Assembly (NCBI GenBank): GCA_022813865.1
Contig: JALDZX010000044.1
Location: 124,001-185,400 of the forward strand
Origin: Xylographa opegraphella
Taxonomy: Eukaryota
Direction of reading: 5' to 3'
DNA length: 61,400 nt
Position 1 is the first letter of the stretch. Each line of letters opens with the position of its first letter. Made by a program: the position numbers and the translations under genes. Under the pieces are notes generated by a model that was not told where the DNA came from, did no database searches, and saw only the letters and a program-made list of their open reading frames with translations. Shown piece by piece: positions 11,777 to 23,979 of the stretch.

Positions 11777-13588
11777 ATGTGGTTGCTAAATTCGTCCACC
11801 ATCGAACTCAAAGCATTCGCAGGTCCGGACATTCCCGAGTATGCAATCCTCTCTCATACATGAGGCGACGACGAGGTCTCCTTCCAAGACATGCGGAGCG
11901 CCTCGAAGGATATCTATGGAAGCGCAGGTTATAAGAAGATCAAAAATTGCTGCAAGCAAGCCGTCTCCGATGGCTTTGATTTTGTGTGGGTTGACACCTG
12001 TTGCATCGACAAGTCGAGCAGTTCCGAATTATCAGAGGCCATCAACTCAATGTACAGGTGGTACTTTAATTCCCAAGTATGCTACACGTACCTGGTCGAC
12101 GTCCCTAGTAACGGAGACCCTGGATCCAAAGGCTCTGCTTTCACTCGAAGTAGATGGTTTACCAGAGGATGGACGCTTCAGGAACTATTGGCACCTGAGT
12201 CCGTGATATTCTACAGTCAAGACTGGGTTAATATAGGTACAAAGGGGAGCCTTCAAGTCATAATTTCAGAGAGGACTGGGATCAATTTTGGTTCTCTTTT
12301 GAGTGGTCGTCCAAACCAAGCCAGTGTGGGACAACGGATGTCCTGGGCTTCAAGAAGGCAGACAACAAGGATCGAGGATGCAGCATATTGCTTAATGGGA
12401 ATATTTGGTGTCAACATGCCGTTGTTGTATGGAGAAGGCGAAAAAACTTTTTCAAGGCTGCAGCAGGAGATCATCAAATCCTCGGGTGATCACACCATCT
12501 TCTCCTGGACTGACGAGGGATACCGCTCAATGTATGGAGGAATGCTAGCCTTACAGCCGGCCGGGTTCGCCGAATGTGGTCACGTTGAGTCCCGCATCAT
12601 TGCCGGATGCAACGCCCCATACGCGATGACGAACAAAGGTCTTCGCATAGAGCTGCCTCTCCTTTCAGTGTATGACGAAGATGACGAGGATGAGACTCTG
12701 AGAGCCTTGATGTACCCTATAAGGCAGAAATTTCGCAACCGTGCCATGAGACTTTACTTGCCGAACCCGCACACCATGTACCTTGCTTGCTATTCTCAAC
12801 TGTCACCACAACAATAAACCTGGAAAGCTCGGAATCTTTCTGGCACAAATGCAGGCACCCACACGGGAAGGAGGTTCAGGACTGCTGAATAGCTATATGC
12901 GACTATATCCCGATTCAATTGAAAGCATTGACATTGTTGGAGATTTGAGTACAAAGATAGCCGAAGTCTACGTTCAGGAACCGGATGAGCAGCTTTCATT
13001 TAGTCCCACTACATCTCTACGCCGTATAGACTTATATACCATATCAAGGAAATCTCAATCGCGAGCAGCGGTTACGCTATTGTCGAAGCATTTCCTGACG
13101 GGTTGTGGGATCATAAACATGAGTGTAAACTACTATGCGAGTTCCATCGTTACGGCTTGAGCGCAGGGCTCGTGTTTGAAAACAATGTTGGGGAAGGATT
13201 CTTAGTAGCATTAAGCTCCAGAGGCCGAGCAGTCACAAACGCTAGAATTGTGACCTTCACGAAAACCGATATTGAACCGGAAATCAAGCTAGGCGTGATT
13301 AAGCGCCTCAGTCGCATGTTTCCATCTCCGCCCCCAACATATGGGACCATCCAGCTCGCACACCGATATTATGCTCCGCTGCCAGGAGGTCTTGTGGTAT
13401 TCGTCTCTTTGAGGCCAGGACGAATTCGGGTTCGGCGTCGAATGCTCGTCGAGATAGCAATCAGGCCGGCCGCATATCCCCCAACTCCAGTTCGACGATC
13501 AATTAAAAGCAGAGATTCTTCGCCAATCACGAATGACCGGCTTGCACTCACACAAACGGCCTCGCAAGGGCCCGCAAGGACCCCATAA
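11777..13588 (+). pseudogene. HET-domain (heterokaryon incompatibility-type) protein gene, disrupted
   Basis: MWLLN...YAILSHT*GDDEV...WVDTCCIDKSSSSELSEAINSMYRWY...SRWFTRGWTLQELLAP are HET-domain hallmarks. TGA at 11861-11863 replaces the Trp of SHTW. Frameshift at the CTTG duplication (12782-12789), and a second frameshift near 13030. Confidence 0.88.
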
Positions 13589-14279
13589 GGCTCTCGACGG
13601 ATATTCGAAACCTGCTTCCCGCGCTGGCTGGGTTGCAGATATACCGGAGTGATCCAGATATCTGGCAGGAGGAGGCTGGAACAAGGTGGTTGAATCACCG
13701 GGACCGAGGTGAATGGTATGAAGGCTTTTAGTGCATAGATACCAGACCTCGAGCCGAGATAGAAACCGCGTCTCGAAACCTAAGGTAGCTACGGAGTCCA
13801 ATTCCATTCCCCGCAGGCGCCATCCAAGAAAACCAATAGCTTGCATGACAAGGTGGCCCGGGCTGGTTATTCCTGATAATCGTACTTCCACTCATTCAGT
13901 AGAGCACGCGTATCCGGTTTGGCACAAACGTAATATATTAAGGTGTGATGGTTGAATGGTCACCACAACGGTGGATAAGGGTGTGGTTCTTGTTCGGTAT
14001 TATTCTTGATAATCGAAAACTTAATATACAGATTCAAGGCAAGTATCCGTCATGGAAGTGGGAGCGGACAGGTTGCAACAGGCGTCCTATCTGTCTTCTG
14101 CCTCTCGATGTAGCTTTCAAAAACCTGCCAACCTATGGAAGCCTGCAACAAGAGAGGTGTATTCATAATACAAACATGCAGAAATTCACTCCACCATCAC
14201 TATCCGTTCCTGTCACTAGACAATCTGGGTATACTTCCGTAATCCATTCTACTCTTCTTAGTCCTGAAAGACTCTGCAA

Positions 14280-16228
14280 TTACTAGACATATTGTTAGCG
14301 GAGTTCAGGCCCATAGAATACCATATTACTTACAGAGACTCCATCCATTCCGAGATCTTCACCGCCATTAGTAGCAGAAACGGTTCCATTCATAGCAGAA
14401 GAATCAGCTCCAGTCCCTGCGTCAAAATAATCCGTCATCTCAGCATCTAATTCTTGAGCAGTTTTGGGTTTTCCTCGACCAGCCTTCGCTCCACGACGGC
14501 CGCCACGCTCACCACGTCCTCGAGTATTCTCGCCGCGGGGTGCTTTGGCTTGCTTTGGCTGATCCTTAGGGCGACTGCATTACATGAGCTGATGTGATTA
14601 TAAGAATTCTTGGAACAACTTCACTTACGTGATACGATCACTCATACCTCGGACGGGAGCAGGGGGAGGTGCTCTCGAGGCATCAAGAACGACCTCAATC
14701 TGGCCAAAATTAGAGAATGAAAGGCGGATTCCAAATCATGTGATACCGACCTTCATTGGACGCTTGTCGACAAGGAGACCGTTAAGCTTAACAAGGGCAT
14801 CATTGGCGCTTCCAGGTTTTGCAAACATGATGGTTGCGATACCCCGGCTAACTCCATTGGGTCCATAGGTGATGGTGACACGTTTGACAGCTCCGACAGA
14901 TTTGACAAAGTATTCCTAAAACGAAGAGAAAACCCACTTAGTCAGTTCGTGTGCCTAAGTGAAGTGATTGAGCATCTCGTAACTGGACCGCGTGGAAGGT
15001 GAAACAGAGTCTTGATCAGCATGGAACATTTGGCCTTCACACAAAAACATCTGGCACAATACAGACGCCCATGTGAGCATCAGCGAGCAGGCAGCAATTG
15101 TTAGTATTTCAATCGTCCGTGAAGTCCAGAAACCATCGCAACGAGAAGCCCGTTCTTTTCGATCCTTCCAAGTACCAGTATATCATCGTTCGCTTATTCA
15201 TTTCATTCCTTGAGCACGTCTTCCTGAATTGTATCTTTCGAATACGGAACTGACTCCCACTAAAGCTCCAGATCGTGGCCAATTGTGGCCGTAGATACCA
15301 GTGCTCGTTTAGAACTGTATTCGCCAGGCCAAACATGCGTCAATGGACTCCGTTATAGAGCGAGCATTCGGTACTTTGTTGTGATACTTTTGAGCTGTCC
15401 TGACAAAATCTGCCGGTACGAATTCTTAGCAGATGCCGATCAGGTCGATCGGTTGCTGGTAACCGTTTTTGTGGAATCAGCCTGCAGGCCTAGGGGAGGT
15501 CCTTAATAGAGTTGTTTTCACTGGGGACAGTACTGCTATTCTGCTTGGCTCGCTGATGCTCATATCCACACATATATTGGACTACTTGAGTTCCCCAAAC
15601 AACACCATAAAACGCAGTGCCAGTACATCCATCTGCGATCGAGCTTCAGTGTCTGCTTGCCAGGCAGAGACATTGCAAGATGGTGTCGTACACTCGACTT
15701 CGTAGCACTTTGCCTTGAGCCTTGGACAAGCGAGCTAAAGACACCAGAAGGAGTGCAGAGAATTGCAGATACAGGTCTCACGGCTCTCCACGCATCTATG
15801 ACTGCTCTCAAGGTATAGCCATGACCTCACGCGATCGAGAAACGGTAGGCGCTAGAACAGCTGGCGATGAAAAATCCAAGGCTTTGATGGCCTTTTGTCT
15901 GACATACCTTGATCTGACTCTCGTTCACATCGGGAGGCTTCAAATAATCAGTATGTGGCAAATGAGTTACTGTATCGATAAGTCTTACCAAGTTGCTAAC
16001 AATAATCTTTGACTCTCCGCTTGCAGATCCCGGTCCAAGTGGCACTGACGCCTTTGGTCCTGTTTTCGCAGTGCTTCTTGTGTTCTTGACTACTCCTCCA
16101 GTAGGAGCAGGTGCAGACTTTCTACCAGCAGCGCCTCCGCGGCGACCACCGCGACCACGTCCACGACGGGTAGTATCACGGCGAGTGCTGAGAATCTCAT
16201 CGAGAGACTTGTCAAGATTCATAGACAT
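14280..16228 (-). CDS. YRA1: mRNA export / RNA-annealing protein Yra1 (ALYREF/THOC4 family); exons 16228-15989, 15937-15908, 14915-14751, 14699-14629, 14574-14334, 14282-14280
   Basis: N-terminal UBM 'LDKSLDEIL', RGG region, RRM (KIIVSNLPPDVNESQIKEYFVKSVGAVKRV...LVDKRPMKIEVV) and C-terminal UBM 'KPKTAQELDAEMTDYF'. Splice sites are phase-consistent. Confidence 0.93.
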
Positions 16229-16983
16229 GGCGAATAATTCGTGATGGTGGATTTGAAGATGATGCTGATGTTAGGAAGTCAAGATTTCCAGCAGCGATAA
16301 TACCGTTGGCTAGACGGCTTGCGGACGATACTTGTGTTCTCGATATGGCTTTAGAGCATCCCTTATAAAGATGCGAATAGTTGTTTGTTCGTGATTGATG
16401 AACGAGTACTATATTGGCAGGCCGGTTTGAGTATTATTCGCGTGGCGCGTTGCTGTTGGTGGAGTCGCTGGCTTTCACCGATAGCAACTGGGCAAGCTAT
16501 CCGAAGAGTAAGACTCAAGATTTGGTAGACTTGAAAAGGTACTGATGCAATGTGCTCGAAGTTGATTGTGGGTGGTTGCCTGGAGATGTAGGCGATGATG
16601 TGTCGTGAAGAAAGAATGAAGGAAGGTTGTCCGCAAACAGTCTCAAAAAGATGAATCTTACGCTAGTCTCATTAGAGCGAGCCCCTTTTCAGGCGTGAAG
16701 GAACCCTCCTTACTCAGGTACGTACTGATTCAGTGTTATGCATTCATCATTCACGGTATTTACTGGAAGGATGATCAATTCATAGGTAGATGATAAGGAC
16801 ATGGAATACAGTACGCCAGTCGGCTGGAAGTGAAATTCCTAGATCTAGCGCGGCGATGCCTCTGGTTACCAACAATGGCCTGCAGCTAGAAACATGGGCT
16901 CAGCACAGCTCAATCGAGGACCCAACGACTTAGCCGCAACACGCCATGACGCCCTCGAGGCGCCGAAACAATGCATTCGATAC

Positions 16984-17721
16984 TCAACTCTTAAGCGCCT
17001 CTAGTCTTCCTCGCATCTGCGCTAATGTAGCTTCCTGGTCTTCCAGCTCTGCCTCGGATTCAGCAGGCTCTTGTGCTGCAGGTTCAGCATCGATCTTAGC
17101 ACCCGGAACCTCCGGAGTTTTCAGTATTTCTCCAAGAACCTTGTCCACTTCTACTTCCGCCTCCTCGTCCTCCCCTTCCATCAAAGCATCATCAGGCAAA
17201 GAATCACCAACCATTTCCTCGATGATTCCCGCCTTCATCAACTCCTGACTCAATTCTCGCATCGTTCCAGTAAGTTCTGGTAATCGTATCAAGGTATTGA
17301 CATCCTTCATTATCCCTGTGGAAGCTCTGATGCTTCCTTCAATTTTTCTCACAGAGAACGCTTCGTTCACCTGCATCTGCACACTTTGAAGCTGGGCTTT
17401 GCTCGTAGCTAGTCGTGAGCTTTGCTTTCGTATCCGGACCATCTCTCGAGCAAACGTCCGAGTCTCTGCGGCTGCCTGCTTGGTTTGAGAGGGATTGCGT
17501 TGAGCTCGTTTCGAGGCTTGAATGATATATTGACGGGTTTTGGACTCGAGGTTCTTGAGCTGGAAAATATCACGTTCAAGCTTTCGTGTATTCTCACGGA
17601 TGAGCCGATTACACTTCCGCATCTAGCATGCAATCAGTCACAAACATGGTTGGGGATAGACTGGGCTCAGTACTTGCGCCTGAGGATCTGGCTTCCAAAA
17701 CACAGCCTTGATCGTCTCCAT
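16984..17721 (-). CDS. VPS24: ESCRT-III subunit Vps24/CHMP3 (exons 17721-17674, 17622-16984)
   Basis: METIKAVFWKPDPQAQ|MRKCNRLIR; Snf7-family coiled coil, 'MRELSQELMKAGIIEEMV', C-terminal MIM 'MRGRLEALKS'. Confidence 0.95.
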
Positions 17722-18226
17722 CTTGGTGCGATAAGTCGTATTCTAAATTGCACAGTATCGACAGAGCCAGATCCAACTCATACTATCATACTATAACCAT
17801 TCATGATAGACTCCAGGCGCTATTCAATTATGTGACGGGCCCGCAAGTCAAACGTGGGGTAATTTTCATTAGAATGGGTCACAGCTCGTAGACATGTATA
17901 GATTGACGCAATACACGCATAGCACGATAGAATTGTATGATTTGTATGATTTGATTATGATGCTCTCCCGCTACACAGATCAAAGCCGGGACGTTCAGAG
18001 GTCCGCCGCCTAGACGTACTTTCCCGCACTCCCTGCTTTGTTAATTCGACCGATTTCTATCAAGCTCCATCTCAGCCCTGCGTTTGGCGCTACAAAACTT
18101 CTGAACTCATGCCCACACAACACACCTCCAAAAAGCCGTTGATTTACTTCAGCTTTCATAATTACCGCTCGACTTCCCCTTTCAAGATAAAGTAGATTTA
18201 ATCTTTCTAGATTCTGCTCTACCAAG

Positions 18227-19182
18227 ATGTCGACAGCTCAAACAACACCCGAAGGTATGTTACAGAAATGATACTACAACCCATGTCTTGGCTTCGGAGA
18301 TACTTTCCAAGATCCTCTAGATCTATCACAACTGACTCTGAATCAAAGTCCTGTGGGCCCAGCGGTCTTCCGCAACGGTAGCGTCAAAAAATGTTGTCTT
18401 TCTCACGATCTCAGTACCTGATGTCCCAGCCTCGTCTTGCAAAATCGATCTCAAGCCCACTTCCCTGACTTTCACCGGCCACTCCGATACCAAAAAACTT
18501 ACCTACCATGTGGAGCTGAATTTCTACGGAGAGATTGATGTAGAAGAGAGCAAGACGAACCATACCGCGAGGGATATTGAATTTGTTTTACGGAAAAAGG
18601 ACATGAAGGAGGAGTACTGGCCGAGACTGTTGAAGGATGCACAGAAAGTCCACTTCTTGAAGACCGATTTCGATAAGGTATGGCTAAGAAGCTCAGTTAT
18701 GAGCTGTAGTGGTAGGTAATGTACTAAATGAAACCAGTGGGTTGATGAGGACGAGCAAGAGGAGAAAGCCGATGACTCAGACATGATGAACCAGTTTGGA
18801 GGTGGCATGGGAGGAATGGAGGGTATGGGCGGCATGGGTGGAATGGGCGGTATGGGCGGTGACGGTGGCTTCGGTGGGATCGGTTAGTAATTATTGCATT
18901 GGCTAGAGGACCTAGATATTGACTGTGACCAGATTTCTCCAAGCTCGGTGGCGGAGACGGAGGAATGTCTGACCTCGGGGATATGGGAGGTGCAGAAGAG
19001 GTGAGAAAGAATCGTTCTGCACAAGAACTTTTTGCCTTTTGTAGTACTTGCATACTGACTTCCTACGGCAGTCCGATGACGATATGCCTGATCTCGAGGA
19101 CGAAGAGGGTGAGAAGGAAACGGGGGTGGGGAAATCAAAGGGGGAGACCGGGGCGGCTCATAAGATTGAGGAGGTCTCTTGA
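18227..19182 (+). CDS. SBA1: Hsp90 co-chaperone p23 (Sba1/Wos2), multi-exon
   Basis: 'TPEVLWAQRS', 'EYWPRLLKD..KVHFLKTDFDKWVDEDEQ', GGM-rich tail, and 'DDDMPDLED...KIEEVS*' ending. Confidence 0.95.
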
Positions 19183-19901
19183 AGTCACGATTGAAGATTA
19201 GTGGTCCTCAGCTGATGTGCGAGACGAGACTTCCATTTGAAACGAAAACAGATATCCCACGGGTTGCACTTTGGAACTTGGTGTCTTAGATTAAACCCAA
19301 TCAGGTCTTTGGTTGATTCTCCACGTGCTTTCAACAAATTTGCTCTTGACATGTGTTCTTCCGTTTAATTTCAAATCTGTAACTCCACGTATTGATCATT
19401 TTCGCTCCTCGTGTCTCTGAGCGCCAATGTCATCACCACACACAGCTGTTTCCACCACCAAATGACATCATAGTCTACGTCGAATTGAGCTGTATAAACT
19501 TCCAAGTGGTCTAATAGTCGCAGAAACTACCACATACCCGGAGTGGCGGCGAGGGGTGACGGTTCAACCGTAAGCTGAATCGAATCTTTGGGCTTCTGAG
19601 ACCTTAGTGTTTCCAGATTGTTCACTGTTTCTTATGGCTTCAGCAACTTAATATCGCTCGACCTTCGGTCAGGAAAATATACCGTGCTGTTTGCAGTTTC
19701 ACTGATATACTGAAATCTCAATTTCCAGCTTCGGCCTTCGGGAGAATAGCTAACTTCCCGCCCGTGGTAAGCTGACGGAGCAGTTAATCGGTACTCCAGC
19801 CATTGGATATGTAACCGCAACCCACTGTTGCAGCTATACTAAATTATCCACCTCTGCCAATCTGGAACAATCGAAGACGTTCCATTGATACAGGGTTTGC
19901 C

Positions 19902-21182
19902 ATGACAGTGTACATCCCATCGACTGGCGGGAACGTCCCAGCATGGGGCCCTCCGACTGCGAAGATGAAGTCTGTAGCCCTGCCTTCTTGCTATCTATCC
20001 AAGATCTAAAGAGAAGCGATAACAGCTGCTGACTCTTTTTTCCGCAATGTAGCTTTTGCGAAGAAGTAAATATACAAGACATCAAACAGCATAAGACTGG
20101 CAATTATGTAGTCTTGCAGTGTAGCAACTTCAGAGCCACATGAAGGCTGACGACTTCCATCTTGAAACAGGACTACCATGTCTCGTCATATGTTGCGGAG
20201 TTCGTCAACTGTCTTACGAGTCTTTCATACGGTATCAATCCGAGGCTATGTCCATTTCTATAGTTCTGGTACTAAATAGATGGTGGATAGTCTACCTCGG
20301 CTGCTGTGGACTCTACAATCATCTCCATCGGAGCAGTTTTGGAGCTTTCTTTCCACCTTACACAGGTATCATTGCTGTGGGAATGGGTTCTGCCCTGTAT
20401 CATGGCTCTCTCAAGTACCCGTTGCAGCTGGGTGTGCACAGCCCCCATTCCCAATTCCGGGGCATGTCATCGTTGGCTGACACGCCTGCGAGTTGATGAT
20501 CTCTCCATGCTGGTTGGCGCTGGGATCGTCTTACACATGGTCCTGGCGTTTTAAAAAACCAAAGTCGTGCAATTGCTGATAGCCATCGCACTCGGACTGG
20601 TCGTGACATTGCTTATCTGGCGGCATGTGACGACTGGAGAGTCCGGACTGCATCAGTTTGCTTTCGCGCTGATGATCTATGCGGTAGCCCATCGTACCAT
20701 TGTCCTGACAAGGCTGACTACTTCCAACTCGAAGTCTCGAAAACGGATGCGTGATATATCTAAACTGGGCACTGGTGAGTGGCATTCGTTTTCAACGACT
20801 GGCATGCGATCTTATCACACTCTGAACTTGACGGTGTGAAAGGTGCCATGGTTAGCGGATATCTCCTGTGGCTGGCAGATATTTTCCTATGCACACGGTT
20901 GAGAGAAATGAGGAGATTTATTGGCTTACCATGGGCTTGGATCCTGGAGCTCCATGGTTGGTAAGTTAACCTCGCTTAGGATTGAGGTGAATGCTTGTGC
21001 GCCTAATATCTAAGCACAGGTGACACCTCCTGACAGCAATTGATGTTCAACTGTTTATAATCTTGGTCGAGTGCATCCACGCTGCTTCGAAGCTAGACCC
21101 GGCCGAGTACCTCGAACCTAGCTGGCGCGCGCTGTTGACCTTTCCTCATCAACTCCAGCTCGTGGGTATGAAGGAGAGCTGA
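19902..21182 (+). pseudogene. Alkaline (dihydro/phyto)ceramidase gene (CREST superfamily) with two in-frame stops
   Basis: Spliced reading gives WGPPTAKMNFCEEDYHVSSYVAEFVNCLT...GMGSALYHGSLKY.LQL.DDLSML...LELHGW*H. TAA at 20552-20554 and TGA at 21021-21023 (in HGWWH). One acceptor reads GAG instead of YAG (~20491). Confidence 0.8.
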
Positions 21183-22055
21183 CGGACTCCAAACTTGCTT
21201 GCTGGCGACTAGAGCTTGGGGTTCGGAGCGGTCTTTCTTGTGTATTGTGGTGATGATGAAGATGCAAAGGTAAGTAGACTAACTGTCTCGATGCTTTCTA
21301 TGCTAAAAATCAATCTGCTCCACCACCAAACTGTTAGTGACTGCATTGAACGCGATTTGAAGTACAGTGATAAATAGAATCGTTAGTATCAACAGCTGAG
21401 CCCAGCCCCTATTTGAAATCGAAATTTCACCTTCCAATGATGTTATCTCGAGTTCCCATGATCCGGTAGGGACGCATCTAACGAACGATCGACTTGACCT
21501 ATCGCCCTCTCACCATCCGTGCAGATATCCACAGCTGCGAGCTGCCGTTCTGGATAGACCGTGCGGGCAAATGGGGTGCTCCCTCGTCGTATCAGCATTA
21601 TTAACGAAGCCTGGGAGCGGGAACAGAACGCTATCGGCTATATAGCATGTAAATTCACCAGAGACTCGCACAGCGAGAGTCGGCGTGGCGTATTGGTGAA
21701 CGACCGCGTTGTGTGAAAAGAGGAGATCGCTAGGTGGAGTGTGGGGTGTGAAGCGCAGAAGCAGGAAGTGGAGTGGCTGGCTCTATCTTTCGTTCCACGA
21801 GAGAAGTCGATAGTACGTGGACGGGTGGCTGCGAGGTGGATTTGTTGTTGGAAGGAGAGAACAGGGGCTCGACTTTACAGTTCGGGTGACTCTCCCGAAA
21901 CTTTGTCACTTGTCTTCTCGAGGGATAAGCAGGCGCTGAGTTTGTGTGTGTGAATGGCGATAGAGAAAAGTGGCCGTTTTAGTATGTACATACTATACTA
22001 TCTACTTACTTATGGAATAGCCGCTAGTCTGCAGTAAAAAACCTTTGAAAGTTCC

Positions 22056-23379
22056 TTACTTGCTAGTATCCACTACGTATCTGCCAAGGATATTTCCCTC
22101 GTGCATCATGTTGTAAACCTGAGGGATCTGTCAGTCACATCGATGCTCAAGGGCTTCTGTTCGCTTGCCTTCTGCAGTTCCGACATGCCGATCACCTTAA
22201 ACGGAGCCTTGATTACTCCGCGACGGAAGAACTCTATTGCCTCAGCCTGCGTGTCACAATATTAGCAGCTGAAGATATTCCGTCGTCGGCGGTGAAGGCT
22301 TACCGTGTCCTTCCTATTGCCAACGTATGACCCTTTGATGGTAATGCATCTAACGACCGTTTGAAACACCGGTGCCTTCAAAAATGCACCTGCTGGCATG
22401 CCAATGGCGACCACGGTACCTCGAGGTCGAACATACTGGATGACAAAGTCAAAAATGTGCAGAATCTCTCAACCAGGAAGCTGATTTTTACCTCCGAAGC
22501 TTGCTGGAAGGGCTTTTCGCTGACGGCCACAAGAATCACGGCGTGTGGCCCGAATCCATCTTCAGTCTTAGACTGGACATCTTTCACCACATTCGAAGAA
22601 GTCGCATAGTCTACGAACGAGCTTGCCCCTAGCTCCTCGCACATTTTTTTCTTGTCTTCGCCTGCGTCAATAGCAATGATGCTTAGACCCATCGCTTTCG
22701 CGTATTGGCAAGCCAGTGAGCCGAGACCGCCTCCAGCACCAACAATAGCTACGGTCTGACCGGGCCTAGCACCAGATTCCTTCAGGCCTTTGTAGACGGT
22801 GATTCCAGCACAGAGGACTGGAGCTACCGCATCTAGCGGAACATCCTTAGGTATTCTAGCCACATGGGCCGCATTGGCAATACAGTATTGTTGAAAAGTT
22901 CCATCCACTGTGTAGCCCGATAGTTTTGCTTTGGGGCAAAGCGGTTCGTCCATCTGCATGCAAAAGTCACATGCTAGACAAGAGCTGTTCAGCCACTATT
23001 GGACGGCTTAACGTTCAGTCCATAAAAACCGGGTAATTGGAACATACCTTGACACCAGCATGATCTCCAATCTCAATATCCTTTACCAATTCTCCGCGGG
23101 CCACTACGACACCAGCTCCCTCGTGTCCTCCAACCAGAGGTAGCTTGGTGTCCAGGGGCCAGTCACCATTGAGGGCGTGTAAGTCTGTATGACAAACTCC
23201 AGAGTACTTGATGTTGACGAGAACTTGGTCTGGGCCCGGTTTTGGGACGGATATCTGTCTGTAGTCGATAGGACCCCCGGTCTTCTCAATAACTTGTGCC
23301 CACTTAAATTTTGTTAGGCCGTGTTACAGCTTGATATTTGTGGGTATCTCACCTGTTTCTCAGGGATCTGTGGAGCCAT
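22056..23379 (-). CDS. ADH1: Zn-dependent alcohol dehydrogenase, ADH1 type (multi-exon)
   Basis: MAPQIPEKQ, '[11 protein letters not shown]', 'GGHEGAG', 'GVKWLN.SC..CDFC', '[17 protein letters not shown]', '[18 protein letters not shown]', C-terminal 'GRYVVDTSK*'. Confidence 0.96.
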
Positions 23380-23592
23380 TGATGAGAATTGTAAACGACT
23401 TTGTGGGAAACAGTGATTATATGAAGTGCTTGCGGTTTGCTAGATAAGAGGTCAAGAACAATGGATCAATATGGGACCTGCTCGGATTGACTTATACTCT
23501 CAGGATGGGGAGCAGGTGAATGAGTAAGAGAATTTCCATCAATGACTGTCACGCATACATGGGATCGATAGACGTCCATCACACCACATTGG

Positions 23593-23614
23593 CCCCACCT
23601 CTGATATGGTGGGG
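23593..23614. promoter_or_regulatory. Inverted pair of SYGGRG (CreA/Mig1-type) motifs upstream of ADH1
   Basis: CCCCAC...GTGGGG about 220 bp upstream of the ATG. Motif match only. Confidence 0.3.
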
Positions 23615-23979
23615 TTATTCTCCTTGACCCCTGCATCCACAGAAGTTTGGATCTGTACATGGCGAAGTATAGGACAGTTCTACAGGAGGGCGCCGGCTCG
23701 GCGGAGTCAATTAAAGGTTCCCATCGAAGCTGGACACCGGCGGAGGAAGTACTGAGAACGAAGAGACAGTGACTGCAGGACTTTTGACGAAGATCTAGGC
23801 CCTGCAGCATCGAAAGCGTGCATGGGAGGACCTCCTGTCATCGTGGTGTGAGCAAGTCTGATAGTAAAGCACGCTAGCCATTGGCACTTCTTCCATTATC
23901 ATTAATCGAGACCAGTGGAATTTAACTGTATTTGCAAAGATGTGATCATGTACATTATGGTACCGTCGACTATGTATAT

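Noticed and set aside
11861..11863. Genome-wide TGA=Trp recoding or selenocysteine insertion
   Set aside because: TGA serves as the normal stop in p23, VPS24, the ureohydrolase and UVDE. The affected position is Trp, not Cys, and the genes carry other lesions.
18790..18880. GGM-encoding repeats
   Set aside because: Normal low-complexity tail of fungal p23 proteins.
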